64,000 nt of DNA, taken from assembly GCA_963733375.1 (NCBI GenBank), contig CAVTDB010000025.1, forward strand, positions 87,882 through 151,881. Reading direction: 5' to 3'. Made by a program: the position numbers and the translations under genes. The notes beneath the pieces are model-generated. The model saw only the letters and a list, made by a program, of their open reading frames with translations, had not been told where the DNA came from and did not search any database. Of the stretch, positions 21,326 through 31,754 are shown in pieces (positions within the stretch are counted from its first letter, which is position 1; every line of letters starts with the position of its first letter). The DNA comes from Nitrospirota bacterium. GTDB lineage: Bacteria; Nitrospirota; JACRHJ01.

Positions 21326-22902
21326 TCAGCCTTTTCTTAAAATTTCCCCCGCGCGTTCCCCCGTCTGTTTCCCGTCCCGTACCGCGAACTTCCCGTTCAC
21401 GAGCACATGCTCTATACCCTTCGGGAACTGATACGGGTCCTCGAAAGTCGCCGTATCGATAATAGTTGATGGGTTAAAGATGACCAGGTCCGCGAAGAAA
21501 CCTTCTTTTATATATCCGCGTCCTTGCAGGCCCAGCTTCTCAGCCGGCATCCCGGAGAGTTTCCGGACGGCCTGCGGGAGTTCCAGTATTTTCTCGTCCC
21601 TGGCATATCTGCCCAAGTACACGCGGGAAGCTCCCGAAGCCGCGCGGGTGCGGCTTGCCCTGCCTCGTTACTCCGGAGGTGCCGCGCGCGGTGGAATCGG
21701 AGCCGACCATCATCCAGTCCAGTATGAGGAACCGTCTGCAGGTTGTCCTCGCTCATGGAGAAGTAAATCGCCTGGGCGCGCGCGCCTTCCTCTATCAGGA
21801 TATCGAATAGCGCCTCCACCGGTTCCTGCCCGCGAATCTCGGCCGCCTCGGCGAGCGTCTTTCCTTCCAGCACGCGGTTAGCCTCAGTCGATACCGACGC
21901 AATCATCACGCGGTTCCAGTACTCCGGCACCGAATGCCCGGCCAAAACCGCCTCTCGCAACTTCGCCCGCGTTTCCGGCGCCTGGAGGCGCTCCACCTCT
22001 TTTGCGTTCCCGCCTTCGTACGCCCACGCGGGGAGGATGGCGTCCAGGTCCGTGCTGGACGCGGTGTACGGGTAGCGGTCTGCGGAAACGTCGAGACCTT
22101 CCGCGCGCGCCTTCTCTATCGTATCAATGATGGCTGATATTTTGTGCCAGTTGGCGGGCCCGGCGGTTTTGAGGTGCGAAATCTGCACGGGTATTTTAGC
22201 CTCGCGTCCGATTGTTATCGCCTCGTCTATCGCCTCGACGACCCTCGCCCCTTCGCTCCGCATGTGGCTGGTATATAGCCCGCCGAATTTCGCGACTACT
22301 TTTGCCAGCCGCACGATTTCAGCCGTTTCGCTATAGACGCCGGGTGGGTAGATAAGCCCGGTGGAAAGCCCCAGCGCGCCCGCCTCCATCGCGGCCGCAA
22401 GCAGGGCTTCCAGCTTCCGGAATTCTTCCTCCGTGGGCTTTCTGTCCGAGTATCCCATGACCGAGGCGCGGAGGTTCCCGTGTCCGCAGTAAGTGGCGAA
22501 GTTCAGCGCGGGCCGCGCCTTCTCAAGCGCATCAAAGTATCCCCCGAAATCCTCCCACGTCTGCGTTATCCCAAGCTCGGCGAACTCGCTCTGCCTGGCT
22601 TTCGCCGCTTCGCCGATTAACGGCGCGGCGGACAGGCCGCAGTTCCCGGATACCTCCGTCGTCACGCCCTGCATTATTTTCGACGGCGCGGCAGGCTCGG
22701 CGAGCAGCGAGTATTCCGAGTGCGCGTGTATGTCAATGAACCCCGGCGCGGCGGCAAGGCCCGTGCAGTCGATTACTTCCGCATCCGGGACGGATAAACC
22801 GGCCTTTATACGCGCAATCTTCTCGCCGTCAATCAATATGTCGGCGGGATAGCCGTCCGAGCCGGTGCCGTCGTAGAGGATGATATTTTTAAATAGTAGC
22901 AT
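21326..22902 (-). CDS. N-acyl-D-amino-acid deacylase (frameshifted)
   Basis: PGFIDIHAHS, GVTTEVSGNCG, GLSTGLIYPPG, HMRSEG, YPYTASST. Confidence 0.92.
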
Positions 22903-22912
22903 TATTATTTTC

Positions 22913-23425
22913 TCATTTATAGTAAATCATATATCCATATCGGCACTATTGCAATAAATACTAAAATCTTACAATCATCGGTAAAACTTCCAGAACTGTT
23001 TCTACCTGATAAAATATCTTTTATTCCATCAGCTACAAAATAAAGCGAACTTATAAGTCCAAGCAATACGAAATAAGTATTTTGCGATTATTTCTTTCTT
23101 AGTAAAGGATTCGATATAGCTCAGCTTTTAGTTCTGAAACATCACATCCCTTTACCAATCTCCTTGCCGAAAAATCATATAAATAAAAAATAGATTGGAA
23201 CCGATATTAAAAATAGCGTCCAAAATGGTGGGCAAGAGTTGAATGATGAGTAGAAATGGAATCCAAAACAAATGCCAGGTCTTGATAAATGCGTTTACTT
23301 TTTTAGTAACTGGTGTCATCGGCAATATGTAACCCTTACCCATGCATTCCATATCGGATAAATATTTTTCTACCATCAGGCGCCGTTTTGAACAGCACGT
23401 CCGCCAATCCATCAAAATAGCCCAT
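22913..23425 (-). CDS. AT-rich hypothetical membrane protein (frameshifted; 3' end uncertain)
   Basis: TGATG overlap with the cupin stop; MGYFDGLADVLFKT... continues as GKGYILP into hydrophobic segments in another frame. Confidence 0.45.
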
Positions 23426-23970
23426 CAATCCCCCTCTATATACCCGATATACTTCCCCTTCGTCTCTTCGGATTCGTCCAGCTTTTTTATGTCTTCTTCG
23501 TCGAGAGTCTTCGGCCTGTCGCGCTCGGCGTCCACGATGCAGATGAAGCCGAAGGGTTCCTCGAACGGGTTGAATAGCTGGTGCGGCTCGCTCGGGGCGA
23601 CGTAGAGCGTGTCCATGAAGCCGACCTCGAAAATCTTGTCTCCGGCGAGCGCATGGCCTTTGCCCCGGACGCATATCACGACGTGCTCGTGCTCGTGCTT
23701 CTCAAGGGAACTGTGCCCGCCCGGCTCCACCTCGAAATACCGGACATGGAACTTGGCGGACTCGCCCCTCATGCCGATTATAGTCTGCCGGTCGATGCCG
23801 CAGAAACACGCCCCTCCAATGGCACCCTCCTTATTACCCTCCCCACCCGTGGGGGAGGGGGGACCGGCTCCTGCCGGTGGGTGAGGGCTCTTGTACGGCT
23901 CCTTCGCGATTTCGTTCCAGGTGTAGTCGGGGTTGAACTTGTGAAGCCGGCTTTTAGTCATTGTTTCCAC
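23425..23970 (-). CDS. Cupin-domain protein
   Basis: RYFEVEPGGHSSLEKHEHEHVV...HQLFN...FGFICIVD. Confidence 0.9.
   Translation of the reverse strand: METMTKSRLHKFNPDYTWNEIAKEPYKSPHPPAGAGPPSPTGGEGNKEGAIGGACFCGIDRQTIIGMRGESAKFHVRYFEVEPGGHSSLEKHEHEHVVICVRGKGHALAGDKIFEVGFMDTLYVAPSEPHQLFNPFEEPFGFICIVDAERDRPKTLDEEDIKKLDESEETKGKYIGYIEGD
23837..23887. repeat. CCCTC-type REP-like palindrome inside the cupin CDS
   Basis: CCCTCCCCACCCGTGGGGGAGGG...GGGTGAGGG; related copies at 30857, 46440 and 49016. Confidence 0.75.
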
Positions 23971-24003
23971 ACTTTCTTGGGTTTGCAGCCGGCCGGGCCG
24001 GCC

Positions 24004-24735
24004 TTAGCGGCCCCAGGGTCGTTTGCCTTCAATTGTGCCCCTTTCGGTGAATTCGATTATCTTGTCCGCTATCTCTTCCGGCTCGTCGAGGATCGTCATA
24101 AGTTCCAGGTCGCCCGGGGATACCATCCCCTCATGCAGGAGGTGGTCGTTTACCCAGCCCCACAGCCCCGACCAGAACTTCCTGTCCACAAAGATGATCG
24201 GGAACGGGCGGATCTTCATGGTCTGGATGAGCGTGAGCGCCTCGAAGGCCTCGTCCATCGTGCCGAAGCCGCCGGGGAAGATGATGAACCCGGAGGAGTA
24301 TTTCACCAGCATCACCTTGCGGATAAAGAAGTGCCGGAAATTCACGATTTTCGTCAGGTACGGGTTATGCTCCTGCTCGAGCGGCAGTTCTATGTTCAGC
24401 CCGACGGACTTCCCGCCGCTCTCGAACGCGCCGCGGTTCGCCGCTTCCATGAGGCCGGGGCCGCCGCCGGTGACGACGGTGATGCCCTTTTCCGCCATGA
24501 TCTTGCCCAGGCGGCGTGCGGTCTGGTAACGGAGGTCCGTGGACTTGGAGCGGGCGGAGCCGAAGACGGTAACGGCCGGGCCGACGCCGCGCATCTGCTC
24601 GAAACCTTCGACGAACTCGGACATTATCCGGAACATCCGCCAGGTATCGCCTACTTTTAATTCATCGACTAAAAACTGCTCTTTTGTCAGGTAGTCGCCG
24701 TTGTTTCTTTCGTACGGGGGCACTTTCGGTTCCAT
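24004..24735 (-). CDS. LOG-family (TIGR00730) protein
   Basis: VFGSAR, TGGGPGLMEAANRGA, PGGFGTMDE. Confidence 0.95.
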   Translation of the reverse strand: MEPKVPPYERNNGDYLTKEQFLVDELKVGDTWRMFRIMSEFVEGFEQMRGVGPAVTVFGSARSKSTDLRYQTARRLGKIMAEKGITVVTGGGPGLMEAANRGAFESGGKSVGLNIELPLEQEHNPYLTKIVNFRHFFIRKVMLVKYSSGFIIFPGGFGTMDEAFEALTLIQTMKIRPFPIIFVDRKFWSGLWGWVNDHLLHEGMVSPGDLELMTILDEPEEIADKIIEFTERGTIEGKRPWGR

Positions 24736-24758
24736 AAAACCTCGTTTCAGGAAAAATC

Positions 24759-24849
24759 GTTACTTTTCTTTTCGCGAGAAAGAAAAGTAACCAAAAGAAA
24801 GCGGAACAGTTTAAAAGTTTTTGGCGTTACCTTTTTCCAAAAAGGTAAC
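24759..24849. repeat. AT-rich double-hairpin element, copy 3
   Basis: Same two palindromes and linker as copy 2. Confidence 0.9.
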
Positions 24850-24864
24850 AAAGGTCTTGTTAAT

Positions 24865-24894
24865 AAAAAAGCCCGGCGCAAAGTGCACCGGGCT
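24865..24894 (-). terminator. Intrinsic terminator of the cytochrome/FeS/NrfD operon
   Basis: AAAAAAGCCCGGCGCA-AAG-TGCACCGGGCT (U-tract on the minus strand). Confidence 0.65.
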
Positions 24895-24980
24895 AATATT
24901 TTATTTTAATTACGGGAGGATTGCAACATGCTTCTAAGCTCCCCCCCGTACCCTCCTACATATCTCTAACGCGTCCCCGC

Positions 24981-26265
24981 TTAGTCCGACTCTTTCTCCA
25001 CTATGAAGACAGGCATGAACTTGTTGAATATGTAGAACAGGATGAACGGCGTAGCCGCCACGCAGAGCACACCGCCCAGGCCCTCCTTGAACGTCTCCAG
25101 GTTATGCGGGATTACCGGGAAATGGTAGTCCATGAAACCGTGGAATGTAAGCGAGAACGCCTGGCCGCCGATGACGACGTTCCACCTCATCATGAACACC
25201 CCGAACAGGACCAGTATCGAGATTAAGAGGGTCCGCCTGACCGTAATGCCGGGAAGCAGCAGAAGGATGAACGGGACCAGGTTCCCGATGCCGTACTGAA
25301 GGATGAATATTTTATAGAAGTCCCTCTGGTAGATAACCTGGCGAAGCACGTCCCAGGACTTCATGGCCGTGTATCCCCTGAAGATCAGGTCCAGAAGCTC
25401 AAGGCTTATGGCGGCGATCATGAAGTAAAGGAGCGCCTTCGTGGCAAGCCTCACCTCCTGGTCCTCAACGCCCCTTATATGCTCTTCATCCTGAAAGCCG
25501 TAGTGAAGACGGCTTTTTCTCTTGATCTTTGCATAAGTGTTTGCGCATTTCCATGACGACAATATAGACCAGCAGGCAGAGCGCGATGCCGGAGACGATG
25601 GCGGACATTATGAATATGACCGGCATCAGCGGCGTCATCCACAGCGCGTTTGCCTTGACCGAGCCGAAGATAAACCCGGCATAGCCGTGCAGGAAGCAGG
25701 CGACTGGTATGCCTATACCCGCCAGGACGCCCATTGCCTTATGGTCTTTGGCAAGCGCCGGTTCGCTGATGTCCCACACCCCGAGGGTGAGGACGCTGAA
25801 GATCATCTGGCGGATGCCGTCCACGGCGGATTTATCCGGCTTGTTCTTGAGCGCCTGGGCAGTCTCCACGAAATATTTCCTGTAGCAGAAGTAAAGCTCG
25901 CAGGCCACTATGGCGGCGTAGGTCGAGAACACTATTCCAAATGCCGCGATGGCGGAGGTGAAATGCGGCGTCATCATGACCTCTATGCCCCGGAACGGCT
26001 GCTGGAGGTGCAGAAGGAGCGGCATCATCGCCACCGGCAGGAGCGCGAAAGAAAAGACAAGCGCGAAGCGGGCTATCTCCTTCAGCTGTTTTATGCCGAA
26101 GACGTGATACAGCGAAGAAAGCACGAACGCACCCGCGACCAGGCCGGTCATGTACGGGTACATGACAATCTGAATCGCCCAGTAGATGTATTCGTTCGGC
26201 AGGACGAAGAATTCCTTGGTCGTCCAGGCCTGGCCGTGCACCAGCATGTGTGCATGTTCTAACAT
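24981..26265 (-). CDS. NrfD-family membrane subunit (frameshifted)
   Basis: YPYMTGLVAGAF, HLQQPFR, LHGYAGFIFG, MRWNVVIGGQ. Confidence 0.9.
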
Positions 26266-26266
26266 C

Positions 26267-27041
26267 TTAGCAAACCTCCTTGCTTAAGCCTATATAGAAT
26301 GCCTGAGGCTTTGTGCCGTATTCGCTTTTCAGGATGCCGACGCGCTGCTCCATTATAACCTTCGTCACCGGGTCGTTGGGGTCTTTCAGGTTGCCTATCT
26401 GCCTGGCCCCGAACGGGCAGGCGCCGACGCAGGCGGTCTTCATGCCGTTGCTGATGCGGTGATAGCAGAAAGTGCATTTGTCCGCGACATGGTACTTCGG
26501 ATGGAAGAAACGCGCGCCGTAAGGGCAGCCCATTACGCAGTAGCCGCAGCCGATGCACCACGTCCTGTCGACCAGCACCGGGCCGTCCGGCGTTTTATAG
26601 GTCGCGCCCGACGGGGCAGACCTGGACGCAGGGCGGGTTGTCGCACTGGTTGCAGAGCTTCGGCACGAAAAAGCCCTTGGCTATATCCTCTGGCTTGGGG
26701 GACACCGGTCCCGCCTCTCCCTGCTCGATGACCTGGGAGGTGAAGCCGTCTCTCGCCCCTTTCGGGGAGTCGGCCAGCATCTTCCCGTCCTTCGTTATGA
26801 CGTAGCGTTCAACCCAGGTGCGGGTAACGTCGGCCTCGTAGGGTATGTCGTTTTCCGCCTTGCACGCCTTGACGCACATCCCGCAGCCGACGCATTTAGT
26901 CGTGTCCACGAGGAAGACCCAGTGGAGGTTCGGATTCTCGGCGAAGACCTTCTTGGGGTTTACAAGTTCCAGGGCCGCCATGGGTACGGCCGCGCCGGCC
27001 ACCGCGATTATCGTGCTCTTTAAAAAGTCTCTTCTTTCCAT
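26267..27041 (-). CDS. Tat-exported 4x[4Fe-4S] subunit (NrfC/DsrO-like; frameshifted)
   Basis: MERRDFLK; CVGCGMCVKAC; CNQCDNPPCVQVCP; CIGCGYCVMGCP; KCTFC. Confidence 0.92.
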
Positions 27042-27524
27042 TATTTCATTCCCTCCAGGCTGACATTATGAGGGTTGTGGCAACTCACGCATTCAACGCC
27101 GGGGTTGTGTCCGAATGGATCTATGCCCGGTATGACGTTCCTTCCGCTCGTCGGGTACGGGAGGTTCGCATGACACCGAAGACAGAGCTCCCGCCGCCTG
27201 TCTATCTGAAGCTTGGCCGGGTTGTCCGGGTGGTTCTGCGCCGGGCCGTGGCAGTCTTCACACGGGATCATCTTGTGCGGCGAGGCAAGGAGGCTCGTCA
27301 CCTTGTCCTCGTGACAGCCCTTGCAGTACTCGTTGCCCTTGTCGAACTTGTAGCTGACCGGGAATGTCCTTCCAGTCCTTTTCGTTCCCCAGGCGATGGA
27401 AGCCGTACATATAACCCTGGTCCTGCACTCCGAAATCTCTCGGCACGTAGAAATGCCTGAAGACCAGTAACAGGGCTACCAGAACAATTACTACCTGGAG
27501 AGGCCGCCACACATGATTTTTCAA
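27041..27524 (-). CDS. Membrane-anchored tetraheme cytochrome c (frameshifted)
   Basis: N-terminal TM; CKGCH, CEDCH, CLRCH, CVSCH. Confidence 0.85.
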
Positions 27525-27763
27525 TTCCTGCGCTCCTTGCTTAAACGGTTAACTTAAAACCCCGCCCTGTATTGCCAAATACCCATATGAAATGAGTATT
27601 ACTAAAGTAATATAGTATCGATTATTAAACTTTATTTTTAAGCGGAATGATGATGAACAAATCGGAAAGCAAAGTCAAGGCAAAAATCGACTGTCACGGA
27701 TAGGTTTTTTTTATATCTGTATAACGAAAATTTATCGTTTTCTTTTTCTAAAGCCCCGCCTTA

Positions 27764-28270
27764 TCAGCCCCCTTCTATTGGTCCGCCTTCTATCCAGAGG
27801 GTCAGGTTCGCGAACTCTTTCAGGTAATAGCGGCTCTTCTCCAGGATGTCGTAATGCTCTTCCTCTTCCTGCGCCATGCGTAAAAACATGGACTTCACCG
27901 CGGGGTTTTCCGCGTCCTGGGCCGCGCTTCTATACATCTGATAGCTCTCGGTCTCCTTCTCCATTCCCAGGGAAAGGGCCTCTATATCGTCCGCCGAGGG
28001 GGCAACGTGTTCGCCTACATGCTCCTTCATATCCGCGAATACCGATTTCAGCTTCTCTTTCGGCATAGGGATATCGAGGTCGGCCGTCACGGGCAGGATA
28101 TTTTTTTTAAGGCGCTCCAGCAGGGCTTTGTGGTGCACTTCATACTCGGCCAGCGAGGAAAACATGGCCTTTCCGAGTTTGTCCTTCGTCCGGCTTTCGG
28201 CCTGTTTATAAAAATTGTAACCGTCCTCCTCCATCTTTATGGCATTGTCCAGCATCTCTTCCGTCTTCAT
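27764..28270 (-). CDS. Rubrerythrin/ferritin-like protein
   Basis: AIKMEEDGYNFY...E..H duplicated helical motif. Confidence 0.88.
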   Translation of the reverse strand: MKTEEMLDNAIKMEEDGYNFYKQAESRTKDKLGKAMFSSLAEYEVHHKALLERLKKNILPVTADLDIPMPKEKLKSVFADMKEHVGEHVAPSADDIEALSLGMEKETESYQMYRSAAQDAENPAVKSMFLRMAQEEEEHYDILEKSRYYLKEFANLTLWIEGGPIEGG

Positions 28271-28538
28271 CGATTATTCCTCCTGTTAAGGATGCGGCTT
28301 TTTCTTTTTTAATGATGTAACTTAAGAAGTCTTAATAATTTTACCATAATTATTAAATTCTGGCGGGTCAATTTGATTCACGGCCAAAATTAAGCTTAAA
28401 ACCGTCAGGCGGCCGATAGGAATTTTTCTTGACAAATAAATAAGCTTTGTGCTATTTTCACGCGTGTAAGTGCTTCTTATACCTTACAAAATCCCTTATG
28501 ATTCAAGTATAGTCCGAAGAATTCTCAGGAGTTTGGTT

Positions 28539-29823
28539 GTGCGGAATACAAAGTCGTTGGCCCTTTTCAAGCAGGCCAGGAAATTAATACCCGGAGGGGT
28601 GAACTCGCCGGTAAGAGCGTTCAAGAGCGTCGGGACGGACCCGTTTTTCGTCGAACACGCCAAGGGCTCGAAGATATTCGACGTCGACGGCAATTCCTAC
28701 ATAGACTACGTCCTGTCGTGGGGCCCGATGATCCTGGGCCACGCGCACCCCGCCGTGGTAAAGGCCTTAAAAAGCGCCGTCTCCCGCGGTACGAGCTACG
28801 GCGCCCCCACCGGCCTCGAAGTAACTCTCGCCAAGATGGTAACGGATGCGGTGAAGTCCATCGAGATGGTCCGGATGGTAAGCTCCGGGACCGAAGCCAC
28901 TATGTCGGCTATCAGGCTGGCGCGGGGTTTCACGGGCAGAGATAAGATAATAAAATTCGAAGGCGGCTATCACGGACACGCGGACAGCCTCCTGGTAAAG
29001 GCCGGAAGCGGCGCGGCCACCTTCGGACTGCCCGACTCTCCCGGCGTGCCCGCCGCCCTGGCGGGACTGACAATAACTTGCCCATATAACGACCTCGGTG
29101 CGGTCCAAAAAACATTCGAAAAAGACGGAAAAAACATCGCCTGCGTGATAGTCGAGCCGGTGGCGGGAAACATGGGCTGCGTGCCGCCCGTGGATGAGTT
29201 CCTTCCGGGCCTAAGAGAACTGTGCGACAAGCACGGCGCGCTCCTTATCCTCGACGAAGTAATGACCGGGTTCCGTGTCGCCTACGGCGGCGCGCAATCA
29301 ATTTACAAGATAAAGCCGGACTTAACCTGCCTCGGGAAGGTAATCGGCGGCGGTCTGCCCGTCGGCGCGTACGGCGGCAGGGCGGACATAATGGGTCAAA
29401 TTTCTCCCGATGGCCCGGTCTACCAGGCCGGTACTCTCTCCGGCAACCCGCTCGCGATGACGGCCGGGATCGAGACCCTGAAGCTCCTCAAACAGCCGGG
29501 GGTCTATAAGGAACTGGAAAAGAAGAGCGCGATGTCTGACGGACTTGCTGAAAGAGGAATTTAAAGGCGCGGGGGTCGAGGCGAGCTTCAACCGCGTGGG
29601 CTCCATGTTCACCGTGTTCTTTACCGGCAAAAAGGTGGAGAATTACGCGGATGCCAAGACCTCCGATACGGTCAGGTTCTCGAAGTTTTTCAGGGGAATG
29701 TTATCGGGCGGCGTGAACCTCGCGCCGTCCCAGTTCGAGGCGGCGTTCATGTCGCTTGCGCACAGCGACACGGATATCAGGAAGACGGCAAGGGCGGCAG
29801 CGGCTGCCCTGACAAACATCTAA
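28539..29823 (+). CDS. hemL: Glutamate-1-semialdehyde 2,1-aminomutase (frameshift near 29535)
   Basis: [50 protein letters not shown]. Confidence 0.96.
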
Positions 29824-29854
29824 TAATGCGAAAACAACCGGGGAGGGAAGGTCG

Positions 29855-30829
29855 ATGTTCAAGGCTTTCAAGGAAGGGCTGACCATTAAAGCAATCGTTG
29901 CTTTAGCGGCGGTATTGCTGATCTTTTTATCCGTCGGCGGATACGGGGCGTTCCGGCTCTGGGACTACAAGGAGAATAACCCCAGCTTCTGCACGGGCTG
30001 CCATCTTATGTCTGAGGCGTTTCATAAGTGGTCCGTATCGGAGCATAAGGGCGTAAACTGCCATGAATGCCACCACCTGACCCTCATGGAGCAGAACCAG
30101 CTGATGGTATCCCTGGTGCTGCACAACCCCAAGGTGGTCCCGGCGAGGCATGGCAAAGTTATCGTGCCCTGGGAATACTGCGTGAAATGCCATTGGGAAA
30201 CGGACCCCAAATATCCCAATGCCCCCAAGATAAGCGATTCCCCCGTGCATGCCAAGCACTTCTTCGCCGAGAAGCTCGAATGCTCGGGCTGCCACGGCTA
30301 TAGACTGCACCAGTTCACGGTTGAACCCCGGTACTGCGTGAAATGCCATCCGAACAACGCCGAGGTACATGGCATGGAAGGCATGGCGTGCCTCGCCTGC
30401 CATACCGATAAAACAGTCAACTTGAAGCCCAACCGCGACAAATGCCTCACCTGCCACGGAGACGCCGAGCAGAGGGCGATAATCGCCGCGGAACCCAAGA
30501 CGGTGGATACCAGGCACTTCACGGCTACGGCGGACGAGATAGCCATTGCGTCGAAGCTCACCACCTTCCCCAAGGACGGCGCGATGAAGTTCGACTGCAA
30601 CATGTGCCATAAGCCGCACGGCAAGCTGAAGTTGTCAGTTCCGACGGACTGTATACCCTGCCACAGGAACATAATGACAACCGGCAAACATGCCGCGCAC
30701 CTCGGGATGGGGCTTAAGTGCCTCGACTGCCACAAGCCGCACCTCTGGAAGGTGACGAAGGAGATGGGCAAGTCCGATAAGTGCACGAAGTGCCACGGGC
30801 CCGTGGACCCGGCGAACTTCCTGCTGTAA
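29855..30829 (+). CDS. Membrane-anchored 11-heme cytochrome c, paralog of 7893-8790
   Basis: 11 CxxCH motifs; shared CHLM...W..S.H..V.C.ECH.LT..EQ and HGK...PW..C..CHWE segments. Confidence 0.93.
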   Translation: MFKAFKEGLTIKAIVALAAVLLIFLSVGGYGAFRLWDYKENNPSFCTGCHLMSEAFHKWSVSEHKGVNCHECHHLTLMEQNQLMVSLVLHNPKVVPARHGKVIVPWEYCVKCHWETDPKYPNAPKISDSPVHAKHFFAEKLECSGCHGYRLHQFTVEPRYCVKCHPNNAEVHGMEGMACLACHTDKTVNLKPNRDKCLTCHGDAEQRAIIAAEPKTVDTRHFTATADEIAIASKLTTFPKDGAMKFDCNMCHKPHGKLKLSVPTDCIPCHRNIMTTGKHAAHLGMGLKCLDCHKPHLWKVTKEMGKSDKCTKCHGPVDPANFLL

Positions 30830-30856
30830 TAAGGGGCATGGTCAGCGTTCTGATAA

Positions 30857-30893
30857 CCCCCTCACCCTACCCCCTCCCGCAAGGGGCGAGGGA
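30857..30893. repeat. CCCTC-type REP-like element
   Basis: CCCCCTCACCCTACCCCCTCCCGCAAGGGGCGAGGGA. Confidence 0.7.
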
Positions 30894-30955
30894 GCAGGGT
30901 GCGAAGCTAACTTAGGGGGGACCCATCCGGTGAGCCGGGTGGGTCCTTGATTTTA

Positions 30956-31246
30956 ATGGAAGACAAAGACAAAGAGTTCTGGCGCAATATGTATCAGCTG
31001 GCCGCGATGGGTATAAACCTCGTGGCCGCCACCTTCATAGGTCTTTTCATGGGGTGGGCGATAGATAACTGGCTGACTCCGAAACTGAACTGGCATACCT
31101 CGCCGTGGTTCACCCTTGTCTTCCTCCTTTTCGGGATAATCGCGGGATTCAGGAATATGTTCAGTATGGCAAAGAAGACGGACGTACCCGACGATCCGAG
31201 CCAGGAAAAGGGCAATTTTCGGGATAAGGACAGCGACCATTTTTAG
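30956..31246 (+). CDS. AtpZ/AtpI-family small membrane protein
   Basis: MGINLVAATFIGLFMGWAID...TSPWFTLVFLLFGIIAGFRN. Confidence 0.88.
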   Translation: MEDKDKEFWRNMYQLAAMGINLVAATFIGLFMGWAIDNWLTPKLNWHTSPWFTLVFLLFGIIAGFRNMFSMAKKTDVPDDPSQEKGNFRDKDSDHF

Positions 31247-31252
31247 GGCAAC

Positions 31253-31664
31253 ATGATAGCCGCGAATAAAAAACACCTGATAAAGGTCGCGACGCTGGGG
31301 CGGCGGACTCTCCGTAGTCTTCGCCGCGTTAAGCCTTATCAAGTTTCCGCCCGTAGTCGCCGCCAGCATCCTTACCGGCGCCGTCTTGTCCATCTTCAAT
31401 ATCTACTCGATCGTGACGATGGTGGAGGCCCTGGCCGGCGCGGCCGTGTCCGATAAATCCGCCGGACGGGCCGCAAAAGCGCTTTCCACCCTCCTGCACC
31501 TCGTAAAATTTCTGATTTTGCTTGCCCTGCTGTTCCTTCTCGTGGTATATAAGTTAACGAATCTTTTTGCATTGGCGTTTGGTTTTACCGTCGTCCTCTT
31601 CGCAAACTTAAGCGCGGGACTTTCCGGGCTTAAGGAGGGCGGCCAAAGCGGCACCCGGCAGTAG
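31253..31664 (+). CDS. ATP synthase subunit I-like membrane protein (frameshifted)
   Basis: Hydrophobic 4-TM pattern directly after the atpZ-like gene. Confidence 0.6.
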
Positions 31665-31754
31665 TTCAGGCGCAATGTTGAAGACGGTTCATTTGTCGCG
31701 TATTCAGGCGGCCCCGGCCGCAATATAGTTTGGCCCGGCAGTAGTTAAAGCCTA

